Virus record (IMG/VR): IMGVR_UViG_3300042484_001245
Location: 1 to 64,000 of that record
Reading direction: 5' to 3' (one strand)
Length of the DNA stretch: 64,000 bases
Source of the DNA: a virus
In this document: piece after piece, positions 47,425-57,077 of the stretch
Layout: the number at the start of each line of letters is the position of its first letter
How positions within the stretch are numbered: the stretch's first letter is position 1
Program-made: the position numbers and the translations under genes
Notes under the pieces: model-generated
Database searches by the model: none
What the model was told of the DNA's origin: nothing
Seen by the model: the letters and a program-made list of their open reading frames with translations, nothing else

Positions 47425-47671
47425 AGTTCCAGAGTGGGTTGAACGCTTGAAACAAGGTGAGTTTCTTGTAATAGTGTTTCCATACACTGGCGATACTGTC
47501 TATGCTAAGGTAATGGAAAACAATCCAACACCTCAAGATAGTATGTACTTTGGCACGATCACTGTAAACTATACACTCAATAATCACTCAAAACAGGAAG
47601 ATCTTCTATACGACGATTATTCAAAAGAGCCAGAATACTTTGACAACTGGTATGCTTATAGAGTAACATAG
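47414..47671 (+). CDS. hypothetical protein
   Basis: 85-aa ORF coupled to the upstream gene. Confidence 0.65.
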   Translation: MTNKVPEWVERLKQGEFLVIVFPYTGDTVYAKVMENNPTPQDSMYFGTITVNYTLNNHSKQEDLLYDDYSKEPEYFDNWYAYRVT

Positions 47672-47702
47672 TCATCGCACCAATACTTGTGAAACCATTA
47701 TT

Positions 47703-48134
47703 ATGAAACTTGAAGAAATTGAAGCACTGTGGGAACAAGACTCTAAGATTGATCGCACTGATTTGGACAATGAGAGTCTAAAGATACCTACACTCCACAG
47801 TAAGTATTACAAGATCTACTTGCGTGAAAAAGTACAACTCAAAGCAGAAGAGCAAGAGTATAAGATTTACTATAAGCTCAAGCATGAATACTATACTGGC
47901 AAGATGTCAAAAGAAGATCTCGATGAACATGGTTGGGAACCATTTCAGTTTGTTCTCAAGAACGACTTGCAAGTATACATCGATGCTGACAAAGATATTG
48001 CTGACAGACTATTAAAGCTCCAAGTTCAACGTGAAAAGGTTGACTTACTTGAAAGCATCATCAAGACACTTAATGGTCGTGGCTTTCTGATCAAAAACGC
48101 AATCGACTTCATTCGTTTTACGAGTGGAGCATAG
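47703..48134 (+). CDS. uvsY: recombination mediator UvsY
   Basis: MKLEEI..LW.QDSKID...LD.ESLKIP.LHSKY; IKNAIDF.RF..G; precedes uvsW. Confidence 0.92.
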   Translation: MKLEEIEALWEQDSKIDRTDLDNESLKIPTLHSKYYKIYLREKVQLKAEEQEYKIYYKLKHEYYTGKMSKEDLDEHGWEPFQFVLKNDLQVYIDADKDIADRLLKLQVQREKVDLLESIIKTLNGRGFLIKNAIDFIRFTSGA

Positions 48135-48135
48135 T

Positions 48136-48231
48136 ATGCTAGAGAACAAACTACTCGTTTTTTGCTCTCTTTTTGGATGTTGGACTGTTATCACAGCTAT
48201 CATCGCATTTGTACAATCGATTCTTAACTAA
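48136..48231 (+). CDS. possible 31-aa single-pass membrane peptide
   Basis: MLENKLLVFCSLFGCWTVITAIIAFVQSILN; GGAG ~6 nt upstream; starts 1 nt after the uvsY stop. Confidence 0.45.
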   Translation: MLENKLLVFCSLFGCWTVITAIIAFVQSILN

Positions 48232-48319
48232 GAACACACCCTGCCGCTCTAGGATCGATTCCTACGCATAATTGCTTCTAGTACGTCTCATCGTACAGGA
48301 AGCACCGTTTTTTTACGGT

Positions 48320-48327
48320 AATAAATA
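48320..48327 (+). promoter_or_regulatory. late promoter AATAAATA before uvsW
   Basis: NATAAATA; uvsW is late-expressed in T4. Confidence 0.6.
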
Positions 48328-48357
48328 ATTCCAAAGGTATAGTTGTACTCTTTGGAA

Positions 48358-49833
48358 ATGGACAAAATCTCAGTCTCAAAACTTGATGAAGTTTACTTGC
48401 AAGTCTCGTGCGACTCTGGTATCGCTCGTGAGCTGGCTGAGTTCTTTAGTTTCTTTGTACCTGGGTATCAGTTCATGCCAGCGTACAAAATGCGAATGTG
48501 GAACGGGAAGATAAACTTGTTCAACCAGATGAACTATACTCTATACATCGGGTTGTTGCCATACTTAAAGGAATTCTGCGCATCTCGTGATTACACACTT
48601 GACGTGTGTGACGAATTGACACATAAGCAGAAATGTTCTTTTGAAGATTGTCAAAAGTTCCTGGAAACTCTTGAACTGCCATTTGAAGCAAGAGACTACC
48701 AGATAGAAGCAATACGACACGGTATAAAAAATCATAGAGCATTGCTACTTTCTCCCACTGGCTCAGGTAAGAGTCTCATCATATACGCTCTCGCACGTTA
48801 CTACAACAAAAAAACTCTCGTTATTGTTCCAACCATTTCTCTCGTATCGCAGATGTTCTCTGACTTTAAGAACTATGCGAAGAATCAGCCTGAGTACAAT
48901 GTAGACAAGATATGTCACCCAATATACGGAGGTCAAGAAAAAATCACAGATAAAAAAGTTGTGATCTCTACGTGGCAATCCATCTACAAACTCCCAAAGT
49001 CATGGTTCGAGCAGTTTGATGTTGTCATTGGTGATGAAGTACACTTATTCAAAGCAAAGTCATTGATGAGCATCATGTCAAAGCTCGACTCTGCAAAGTA
49101 TCGCTTCGGTACAACTGGAACACTTGACGGAACACAAACACACAAACTTGTTCTTGAAGGACTGTTTGGCACTACGTTTGCAGTGACAACAACAAAATCA
49201 CTGATGGACAAAAAGCAACTCGCAGACTTGAGTATCGAATGCATTGTGTTGAAGTATGACAAAGACATCATCAAAGCACGAAAGAAAGACAACTATCAAG
49301 ATGAAATAAAGTTTCTTGTACAACACGAGAAGCGCAATATGTTCATTCGTAATTTGGCAGTCTCAACAAAATCAAACACACTTGTTATCTTTCAGCTAGT
49401 CGAGTTGCATGGAAAAGTTCTGTACAACTTAATCAAAGAGAAAGCACATAAGATTGATCCAAACAGAAAAGTGTTTTTTGTTTCTGGTGAAACTGATGCT
49501 GAAGTGCGAGAAGAAATTCGCCAAATCACCGAGAATGAGAAAGACGCAATCATCGTTGCATCAAGTGGTGTCTTCAGCACTGGAATCAACATTCGTAATC
49601 TTGAAAACATTATCTTTGCTTCACCAACAAAGAGTCGCATTAAAACGCTGCAATCAATTGGAAGAACACTACGCATTGGTGACAATTCAGATAAAGCAAA
49701 ACTCTACGACATCGTTGATGACATGACAGACAAATCTCATAAGAACTTTGCTGTAAAACATTTCTTAGAGCGTGTCAAGATCTACAATGAAGAGAAGTTC
49801 AAGTACAAATTACACAAGGTAAATCTGTTTTAA
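48358..49833 (+). CDS. uvsW: RNA-DNA/DNA helicase UvsW
   Basis: SPTGSGKS; GDEVH; G.TGTL; FSTGINI.NL; LQSIGR.LR. Confidence 0.96.
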   Translation: MDKISVSKLDEVYLQVSCDSGIARELAEFFSFFVPGYQFMPAYKMRMWNGKINLFNQMNYTLYIGLLPYLKEFCASRDYTLDVCDELTHKQKCSFEDCQKFLETLELPFEARDYQIEAIRHGIKNHRALLLSPTGSGKSLIIYALARYYNKKTLVIVPTISLVSQMFSDFKNYAKNQPEYNVDKICHPIYGGQEKITDKKVVISTWQSIYKLPKSWFEQFDVVIGDEVHLFKAKSLMSIMSKLDSAKYRFGTTGTLDGTQTHKLVLEGLFGTTFAVTTTKSLMDKKQLADLSIECIVLKYDKDIIKARKKDNYQDEIKFLVQHEKRNMFIRNLAVSTKSNTLVIFQLVELHGKVLYNLIKEKAHKIDPNRKVFFVSGETDAEVREEIRQITENEKDAIIVASSGVFSTGINIRNLENIIFASPTKSRIKTLQSIGRTLRIGDNSDKAKLYDIVDDMTDKSHKNFAVKHFLERVKIYNEEKFKYKLHKVNLF

Positions 49834-49856
49834 TAAATATTTGAAAGGAACACGAT

Positions 49857-50279
49857 ATGGCAGTTATCAAAGTATTAAAGCTCACAACAGGCGACGAGAT
49901 CATTGGAATTGTACAAGATGGTCGTGACATGGAAGCAGGTGAGGACGGTTTCACTGTAGAAAATCTTTTGTTTGTTACAGCTCCACTTAAAGTCATTTCA
50001 CGATACGACGAAAAGCTACGGGCACATTCGCTGTATCTTTCAGATTGGGTTCCATCAATTGGTGAAGAGACGTTGCCACTTGATAAGAGGAACATTTTGA
50101 CTCTTGGGAATCCCAACACTGATCTTGAGAGTCACTACTACGAATTGATTCTTGCTAAAGACATGAAAGAGCAAGCCAAGAAACAAGAAGCAACACAACA
50201 GCTCGAAGATGATGCAGAAGACAAGCTCTTAAAGGAGTTGTTGAAGGAATGTGACTTTGATGATGACGACTTGAATTAA
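49857..50279 (+). CDS. conserved T4-like protein downstream of uvsW (Sm-like N-terminus)
   Basis: IKVLKLTTGDEIIG; AAGGA RBS; late box AATAAATA at 49832. Confidence 0.75.
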   Translation: MAVIKVLKLTTGDEIIGIVQDGRDMEAGEDGFTVENLLFVTAPLKVISRYDEKLRAHSLYLSDWVPSIGEETLPLDKRNILTLGNPNTDLESHYYELILAKDMKEQAKKQEATQQLEDDAEDKLLKELLKECDFDDDDLN

Positions 50280-50426
50280 ATGCTTTCCATTGCAGTTATC
50301 AATTCAGCTAGTTAGGACATCGAAAATCAATAGGAATAACGAATCTGATACACGACATAGCTCCGTGTTAAAATGCCGTCCTATTGCCGTTTAGTGTTGT
50401 TGAGTTTGCTTAAACCAAATGCTACT

Positions 50427-50473
50427 AAATTTGATAGCACAATCTATCAAATTTGATAGTACAAGCTATCAAA
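50427..50473. repeat. two tandem 22-bp palindromic units TTTGATAG-N6-CTATCAAA
   Basis: AAATTTGATAGcACAAtCTATC / AAATTTGATAGtACAAgCTATC AAA. Confidence 0.85.
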
Positions 50474-50705
50474 AAATATTTTTTCATCCATCTCTGGAAA
50501 GCGCGGTTTTTGTTCTCTTGGAATACTACATACGCTTGTAGCGCCTTCAGCATATCTTTACCTAAACCTTTTATTAAGATCTTATAAGGCCTTGGTAGGC
50601 CTTTATTAAACCCCTCCACGCACGAGCTGTTTTTTTCATTCAATCTACAAATAGGTCTCATGGATAAAAACTCGGATTTTGTGGAAAGATTCTACACGAA
50701 TTTTC

Positions 50706-50734
50706 TTGATTCATTCTTTCAGGTTCTTTATAAG
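50706..50734 (+). promoter_or_regulatory. sigma70-like promoter TTGATT-17-TATAAG
   Basis: preceded by TTTTC like the promoters at 46407, 50843 and 61072. Confidence 0.5.
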
Positions 50735-50820
50735 ACCTTATTAGAACCTTCCTAACCTAAAACCTTCCTAGACCTTTTAAGACCTTAAAACCTTTTAAGG
50801 TTCCTAAAAGGAACCTAAAC
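50735..50820. repeat. ACCT(T/A) array, candidate replication-origin element
   Basis: eight ACCTT/ACCTA copies mostly 7-11 bp apart, ending in the inverted repeat AGGTTCCT-AAA-AGGAACCT. Confidence 0.7.
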
Positions 50821-50842
50821 CCAAAATCTCTAAAAGATTTTC

Positions 50843-50870
50843 TTGTATTAGTTTTAACATATGTTAGTAT
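50843..50870 (+). promoter_or_regulatory. sigma70-like promoter for gp55 (TTGTAT-16-TAGTAT, extended TG)
   Basis: ATG lies only 8 nt downstream and has no SD. Confidence 0.5.
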
Positions 50871-50878
50871 GAAACACT

Positions 50879-51481
50879 ATGAAGGAAAAATCAGAACAAA
50901 GGAAACCACAGCACTATGTAAACAATGCTGAGTTTCTTAAACACATGAAAGAGCACATCGCCGAAGTGAACAAGGCAAAAAAGGCGAAGCAACCTCTTCC
51001 GAGAGTTTCAGACTACATTGGTGAATGCATTGTCAACATCGCAAACAAGTTAGCTAACAAGCCAAACTTCATGAACTATCCTTTCAGAGAAGAGATGATC
51101 TCAGACGGTATAGAAAATTGTTTGCAGTATTTGAATAATTTCAATCCCAAAAAGTCTTCTAATCCATTTGCATACTTCACGCAGATTATCTACTACGCTT
51201 TTGTACGACGAATACAAAAAGAGAAGAAGCAACTGTATACGAAGTATCGCATGATTGAAGAATCACTCTTACATGATATTCATGATGTTGAGAATGTTTC
51301 AGCGAATAAGTATGGCAGCGACCAAGCTGACTTGAATATGCATGAGTTCGTAGAAAACTTTGAGAGGAGTCGTGAAAACAAGAAGAAGAAAACAAAAGAA
51401 GCAAAATCTTCAAAGAAGAAGAAGACTGGCTCAGATTTTGACGACATCTTCGATCAGTACAAAGACCTTCCAGAACAATAG
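50879..51481 (+). CDS. gp55: late-transcription sigma factor gp55
   Basis: HYVNN.EFL; YIGEC...IA..L..KPNF.NY.FREEMISDGIENCLQY..NF.P.KS.NPFAYFTQIIYYAF.RRI.KEKKQ. Confidence 0.96.
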   Translation: MKEKSEQRKPQHYVNNAEFLKHMKEHIAEVNKAKKAKQPLPRVSDYIGECIVNIANKLANKPNFMNYPFREEMISDGIENCLQYLNNFNPKKSSNPFAYFTQIIYYAFVRRIQKEKKQLYTKYRMIEESLLHDIHDVENVSANKYGSDQADLNMHEFVENFERSRENKKKKTKEAKSSKKKKTGSDFDDIFDQYKDLPEQ

Positions 51482-51498
51482 TAGCAGTGGGATAGACT

Positions 51499-51771
51499 AT
51501 GAGTTTAGGGAAGAGGAAACAGGAGATCCTCGACAGCCTGTACAAACATTGTAGCTGTCGAACGAATCGATCCATTGATATTCTCCACAAGTTGTTGGAT
51601 GACGTGAAGATATATCCAGGTAATACTGGAAAAGAAAATCTCCTTGCAATTATACGTGAGTATAAAGCAACCGGGAAAAATCTTGAATCCACAATCAATT
51701 CGATATATGATATTCTATATCCTGTTAAAACATCTTTACCTGAGAGTAAAGATACAGACTATGAGTGGTAA
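51499..51771 (+). CDS. hypothetical protein
   Basis: 90-aa ORF filling the gap in the operon. Confidence 0.6.
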   Translation: MSLGKRKQEILDSLYKHCSCRTNRSIDILHKLLDDVKIYPGNTGKENLLAIIREYKATGKNLESTINSIYDILYPVKTSLPESKDTDYEW

Positions 51772-51957
51772 ATGACAAAGCGAAAAGCAACAGAGAAGAA
51801 AGTTTCTTCAGCTAAAACTACAAAAAAGAAACTTTCACCTAAGAAAGCGTTGCTTTCTGATTTACTTGATGTAATCGACAAGCACGTTGCAAATGGAAAC
51901 TTTGCTACACGAGATGAAGCAATCAATCAAATTATCGTCACGTTCTTCGTTGGCTAA
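51772..51957 (+). CDS. small basic hypothetical protein
   Basis: 61-aa ORF abutting its neighbours. Confidence 0.6.
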   Translation: MTKRKATEKKVSSAKTTKKKLSPKKALLSDLLDVIDKHVANGNFATRDEAINQIIVTFFVG

Positions 51958-51963
51958 ACGAAC

Positions 51964-53046
51964 ATGAAAGTTGCAATTATTACTGACACGCACTGTGGTG
52001 CAGGTAACGACAATCAATCTCTCAATGAATTCTTTCTTCGATTCTATGAAGAGGTGTTTTTTCCTTACTTGAAAGAGCACAACATCAAAAACGTTCTACA
52101 TCTTGGCGATACGTTTGATAGACGTAAGTACATCAACTTCAGTACACTTCACTCGTGGCAGAATCGTGTCTTCAAGCCATTGAATGATATGTGTGATCGT
52201 GTCGATCTTCTTATTGGTAATCACGACACATACTACAAGAACACAAACAAAGTAAACAGTGTTGAAGAATTGTTGCGCATCTATGACAAGTTCAATGTGT
52301 ATGTTGAGCCAAGCGAAGTAATACTCGGCGAACGAAAGTTCATGTATGTTCCCTGGATCTGTGAAGATAACGCACAACGTACACTTGACATGATCGAAAA
52401 ATCTGATGCACACGTCTGTGCAGGACATCTTGAGCTTATCGGCTTCGAGATGTATGCTGGTCATATCAATGCAGACAAAGGACTTCGTTCTGAACTATTC
52501 GACAAGTTCTACATGACGATGAGTGGCCACTTTCATCAAAAGTCTTCTCGTGGCAACATTCACTACCTTGGAGCTCCATATGCTATGATGTGGGGTGATT
52601 GGGGATCTCTCAAAGGTTTTCATGTACTCGACACTGAAACACTTGAGTTGACGTTTGTTGAGAATCCTATACAGATGTTCCATAAGATCTACTACAACGA
52701 CACAAACGAAACGTTTGACACGTTGATGAGTAAAGATCACTCAAGCATTGCAGGCAAGTTTGTTAAGTTGATTGTTCAGAAGAAGAACAACCCGTATTGG
52801 TTTGATCAACTTGTTGAGAGCTTGCAGAAGCACAATCCAGCAGATCTATCAGTGATAGAATCAGCATTTGAAGAAGGCATTTCTGACAGTGTTGATATTG
52901 ATGAAGCGAAAGACACGCTGACTATTTTGAAAGAGTGTGTTGAGTCATTAGAAATTGACGAGCATAAAAATGCTCTAAATGATCTACTGAGAGATTTGTA
53001 TCTCGAAGCATTGAACTCAAACGAACACATTCAGAGTAATGGCTAG
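51964..53046 (+). CDS. gp47: recombination endonuclease subunit gp47 (Mre11/SbcD-like)
   Basis: ITDTH; HLGD.FDRRK; GNHD; GHLE; SGHFH. Confidence 0.95.
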   Translation: MKVAIITDTHCGAGNDNQSLNEFFLRFYEEVFFPYLKEHNIKNVLHLGDTFDRRKYINFSTLHSWQNRVFKPLNDMCDRVDLLIGNHDTYYKNTNKVNSVEELLRIYDKFNVYVEPSEVILGERKFMYVPWICEDNAQRTLDMIEKSDAHVCAGHLELIGFEMYAGHINADKGLRSELFDKFYMTMSGHFHQKSSRGNIHYLGAPYAMMWGDWGSLKGFHVLDTETLELTFVENPIQMFHKIYYNDTNETFDTLMSKDHSSIAGKFVKLIVQKKNNPYWFDQLVESLQKHNPADLSVIESAFEEGISDSVDIDEAKDTLTILKECVESLEIDEHKNALNDLLRDLYLEALNSNEHIQSNG

Positions 53047-53051
53047 AGAGT

Positions 53052-54764
53052 ATGATAATATTCAAGAAGGTCAGATGGAAGAATCTTCTATCGACTGGAA
53101 ACAACTTCACAGAGATTGATCTTAATACGAATCACAGCACGATTTTGCTTGGTCAATCAGGTAGTGGCAAGAGTACGCTTCTTGATGCGATTGCGTTTGC
53201 TCTTTTTAATCGCCCGTTCCGTAACATTAACAAGAATCAACTTGTCAACACACTGAACCAAAAGAACTGTCTTGTAGAGATCGAATTCAGTATTGGTACA
53301 CAAGAGTACCTTATTCGCCGTGGCATTAAGCCAACAGTCTTTGAGATCTTTTGTAACAACAACCTTATTAACCAAGACTCGCATACGAAAGATTACCAAC
53401 AATATCTTGAGAGAAGTATTCTCAAGTTTAATTTCAAAGCATTCACTCAGATCATCGTTCTTGGTGCATCTAACTTCACACCATTTATGCAACTGAAACC
53501 AGTTGATAGACGAATCATCATCGAAGGTCTGTTAGACATCGAAATCTTCTCAGTGATGAATGCTATTCTAAAGCAGAGAGTGTCAACACTCAAGGGTGTT
53601 TCTCAAGAAAATGATTATGCACTCTCACTCGTCAAAGAAAAGATTGGTCTTCAATCAAAGTACATCTCTGACTTGTCGCATAGTAAGCAAGAAAAGATTC
53701 AAGAGAACCTTGCGCTCATTGAAAAGAACAAAGAGCAAGCAAAGACAATTTCTGGAGACATAGAAAGTCTAAAAAATACTATCGTCGGACTTCGAGAACA
53801 GTTAAACTTCAAGACTGAACTTGTATCACAGATCGACAAGATTCGTGACATCAAGAACAAACTTGACACTAACATTAGAAAGACTCGGAAAGAAATTACG
53901 TTTTATGAAGAAAACGATAATTGTCCTACTTGCCATCAGAACATTCCTGGCGATTTTAAGTATGTAGAGATCAACAAGAAGAACTCAAAGATCTCTGAGT
54001 GGCAGAACGGAATCACTGATGCTGAATCTGCTATGGTTCGTTTCTTAGCAAAGATGGAAGAAGCGAAAGCTATTGAAGATGAGATTGATTCGATACAGAG
54101 TCAAATTGTTAAGAATCAAAGCATGATTGATGGTATCAATCAATTCATCAAGAAGATTGCAAAAGACACACTCGATCTGAAGAATGAGCAAGATGCTCCA
54201 CAAGAGTGTAACGACCGTTTAGTTGAGTTGAATACTGAACAAGAACAACTTGAGCGCAATAAGATTGCGTTTTCAAACCAGAAGAACATACAAGATCTTG
54301 CAACAGCACTCTTGAAAGATGGTGGTGTAAAAGCACGAATCATCAAGCAGTATCTTCCATTGATTAACAAGCACACAAACATCTTCTTAAATGCGATGAA
54401 CTTCTTTGTAACGTTCAACATCGATGAAGAGTTTAATGAGTGTATCAAGTCTCGTGGACGTGATGACTTTGCATACGAAAACTTCAGTGAAGGTGAAAAG
54501 CAACGAATCGATCTTGCACTTCTATTTACATGGCGAACTATTGCCAAGATGAAGAACAGTGTAAACACAAATCTTCTCATTATGGACGAAGTGTTGGATA
54601 GCTACTTGGATCAAACGGCTACCGAAAACGTTCTCCAACTTTTGAATTCTGATATGTTCAAAGACACAAACGTGTTTGTTATCTCTCACAAAGAAACCAT
54701 ATCTGACAAATTCCAGAAAACAATTCGCTTTACAAAGAATAAAAATTTTAGTAATATCATATAA
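53052..54764 (+). CDS. gp46: recombination ATPase subunit gp46 (Rad50/SbcC-like)
   Basis: GQSGSGKS; CPTC zinc hook; FSEGEK signature; LLIMDEV. Confidence 0.96.
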   Translation: MIIFKKVRWKNLLSTGNNFTEIDLNTNHSTILLGQSGSGKSTLLDAIAFALFNRPFRNINKNQLVNTLNQKNCLVEIEFSIGTQEYLIRRGIKPTVFEIFCNNNLINQDSHTKDYQQYLERSILKFNFKAFTQIIVLGASNFTPFMQLKPVDRRIIIEGLLDIEIFSVMNAILKQRVSTLKGVSQENDYALSLVKEKIGLQSKYISDLSHSKQEKIQENLALIEKNKEQAKTISGDIESLKNTIVGLREQLNFKTELVSQIDKIRDIKNKLDTNIRKTRKEITFYEENDNCPTCHQNIPGDFKYVEINKKNSKISEWQNGITDAESAMVRFLAKMEEAKAIEDEIDSIQSQIVKNQSMIDGINQFIKKIAKDTLDLKNEQDAPQECNDRLVELNTEQEQLERNKIAFSNQKNIQDLATALLKDGGVKARIIKQYLPLINKHTNIFLNAMNFFVTFNIDEEFNECIKSRGRDDFAYENFSEGEKQRIDLALLFTWRTIAKMKNSVNTNLLIMDEVLDSYLDQTATENVLQLLNSDMFKDTNVFVISHKETISDKFQKTIRFTKNKNFSNII

Positions 54765-55471
54765 TGAGTAAAAATGATTTTCTCAATGAGAGGCTACTGA
54801 TGAGTCATGACCCCAAGCCTAGAAACATAGTTCTCGTAAACGAATTCACAGAGTTTGGCGTAAAGCAATTTAAGTGTGATTTCGATGACATTAACAACAG
54901 TGCGCTTCCTATTATCCCTGTTGTAATTGATAGTTTTGGTGGTGAAGTTTATTCTCTTCTCGCTATGCTTGATATTATGTCAACTGCAACAAAGCCTGTA
55001 GCTACAATTGCAATTGGTAAAGCTATGAGCTGTGGTAGCATTTTGTTGTCGTGTGGTTCTGCTGGACTTCGTTTTGTTGGACCTCACGCTACTGTTATGA
55101 TTCATGACGTTGCTACAGTTTCGTTTGGCAAGATCGAAGAGCTTAAAGCTGACGTTGGTGAAGGCGAGCGTTTGAACAACAAGATCTTTGAGATGCTTGA
55201 TGATCGTTGTGGTAAGCCTCGCGGCTATTTTCAAAAGATTGTTGCTGAAAAGAAACACGCCAACTGGTACCTTGATGCGAAAGAAGTAATCAAACACGGC
55301 GTTGCAGATCATGTTGGTCTTCCTGTCATTGATTCGCTTTTCAATCTCGATGTTGTTCGTGAGCAAGTAATTGAGAGTGCATCGAAGTCCAAGTCTAAGT
55401 CAAAAGCAAAGTCTAAGTCAAAGGCTAAAAATGAAAAAGTGGTTCTACGAGAAAAACGACGAGCTGCTTAA
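54764..55471 (+). CDS. clpP: ClpP-like serine protease
   Basis: IDSFGGEV; GKAMSCG (catalytic Ser); VMIHD (His); WYL.A.E...HG.AD. Confidence 0.85.
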   Translation: MSKNDFLNERLLMSHDPKPRNIVLVNEFTEFGVKQFKCDFDDINNSALPIIPVVIDSFGGEVYSLLAMLDIMSTATKPVATIAIGKAMSCGSILLSCGSAGLRFVGPHATVMIHDVATVSFGKIEELKADVGEGERLNNKIFEMLDDRCGKPRGYFQKIVAEKKHANWYLDAKEVIKHGVADHVGLPVIDSLFNLDVVREQVIESASKSKSKSKAKSKSKAKNEKVVLREKRRAA

Positions 55472-57077
55472 TAGTCCCGTCAACAAGCCATTTGAAGAAG
55501 TTCTCTGGATGACAGAACCTGAGTTTTGTGCTTGGGTTGCTGAGATGCGAGCAGAGGTCGTTCGCATTTGGGATTCTCTTGGTATACCACCTCGTGTTGG
55601 TTTTACTGAGCAAGAAATCATCGGACAGTTTCGTGAGATGCGTTCGTATCCGGTGCATCATCCTGTTGATGGGTTTGAGTCTATCGATGAGGAGACTGGC
55701 ACTAAAGATTGCATCAGAAACAACAGTGTAATTGGTAACGCAGCTAATCAATGGTTCCCAACCATGATGGCAACGAAAATTAACTACACGGATGATACTT
55801 CTTCTGGTCTTTCTATCTACGATCACTTCAAAAATCCTGAACTCTTGCCTAAGATGATTACATATGGTCGTAGGCATTTCAAGCGTGATTCCTTCTATCA
55901 CTACTCAAATCCTGTAAAATATTTCAACGAAGGTGATAATCTTCAAGAGTATTTGAAGAAGTATTTTCTTGAGCCAAAAGATTCTGCTGTTGAATGGATC
56001 AAAGCATACGAAGCAAAGCGTTCTGTGTACGAGTCGCAGTTCGATTACTGGCTTGAAGCAAAAGAAGAAGACTCAGAATATACTGGCTACGATGAAGACT
56101 TGCGAAAGCTCAAGTGTCTTCGCTTGACTCGTGATGAGATGAATGAGTTGAACGACATCATTCCTGACAAGTGTAAGACGAACATCGATTACAAGAATCG
56201 TGATCTGTTTCAGATTCGTGTATTCAAGCGTGGACAGAAGTTGTTCCCTCTTGGTTTGAAAGCGTTCAGAATCTCTGTGTGTCAGTATGCTGTAAACTTC
56301 CCACCGTTGACTGCAAAGTATCTCTATGAGAAGTTTACAGAAGAGATCAAGACGCAGCCGCAGATCAACATTTGGGATCCTTCGTCTGGTTGGGGCGGTC
56401 GTATTCTTGGCGCAATGAGTGTTGAGAATGATACACGCCGCATCAACTATATTGGTACAGACCCAAACACAGATCACAACACTGAAACTGGTCGCACAAA
56501 GTATCATGAGCTTGCAGACTTCTACAACAAGCACACTGATTCGCCGTTTGCTACAAACCCACCACACTCATACGAGTTTTATCAGTGTGGTTCAGAAGAG
56601 ATGTGCAATCAGCCCGGCTTTCAAAAGTACAAAGGTAAACTCGATCTTGTGTTTACGAGTCCACCATACTTTGCAAAAGAATTGTATTCAGATGATGATA
56701 CACAGAGCGCAACGAAGTTCAACACGTTTGATACGTGGGTAGAAGGTTTCTTACGTCCTACGTTAGAGACTGCTGTAGAATGGCTTGCGCCAAATCGTTA
56801 CTTGCTGTGGAATATTGCAGATGCAAAGTTTGCAAATCAGATGCTTCCGCTCGAAAAGATTTCGTGCGACATTCTTGAATCTCTTGGCATGAAGTATGAG
56901 GGTAAACTCAAAATGGCTCTCGCACAAATGCCTGGTGGAAATCGTGTAGATCCTGAGACTGGTAAACCACTTGCTAAAAATTTCTGTCGAATCAGAGAAG
57001 CAAAGAAAGGTATCAAGTCACAAACAAAGAGTATTTGGTTCAAGTACGAACCTGTTTTTATCTTTAAGAAAGTATGA
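55431..57077 (+). CDS. amino (N4-C/N6-A) DNA methyltransferase
   Basis: WDPSSGWGGR SAM-binding motif I; DLVFTSPPY motif IV; start at ATG 55431 overlaps the clpP end. Confidence 0.85.
   Translation: MKKWFYEKNDELLNSPVNKPFEEVLWMTEPEFCAWVAEMRAEVVRIWDSLGIPPRVGFTEQEIIGQFREMRSYPVHHPVDGFESIDEETGTKDCIRNNSVIGNAANQWFPTMMATKINYTDDTSSGLSIYDHFKNPELLPKMITYGRRHFKRDSFYHYSNPVKYFNEGDNLQEYLKKYFLEPKDSAVEWIKAYEAKRSVYESQFDYWLEAKEEDSEYTGYDEDLRKLKCLRLTRDEMNELNDIIPDKCKTNIDYKNRDLFQIRVFKRGQKLFPLGLKAFRISVCQYAVNFPPLTAKYLYEKFTEEIKTQPQINIWDPSSGWGGRILGAMSVENDTRRINYIGTDPNTDHNTETGRTKYHELADFYNKHTDSPFATNPPHSYEFYQCGSEEMCNQPGFQKYKGKLDLVFTSPPYFAKELYSDDDTQSATKFNTFDTWVEGFLRPTLETAVEWLAPNRYLLWNIADAKFANQMLPLEKISCDILESLGMKYEGKLKMALAQMPGGNRVDPETGKPLAKNFCRIREAKKGIKSQTKSIWFKYEPVFIFKKV

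Noticed and set aside
50425-50661. 78-aa minus-strand ORF in the intergenic region
   Set aside because: Against the direction of all other genes, crosses palindromes, and has no recognisable RBS or motif
55371-55430. Upstream TTG start for the methyltransferase (also the extended starts of gp21, gp22, gp25, gp45 and the VWA gene in the ORF track)
   Set aside because: The extensions overlap upstream genes, promoters or terminators; downstream ATGs fit conserved N-termini or RBSs better
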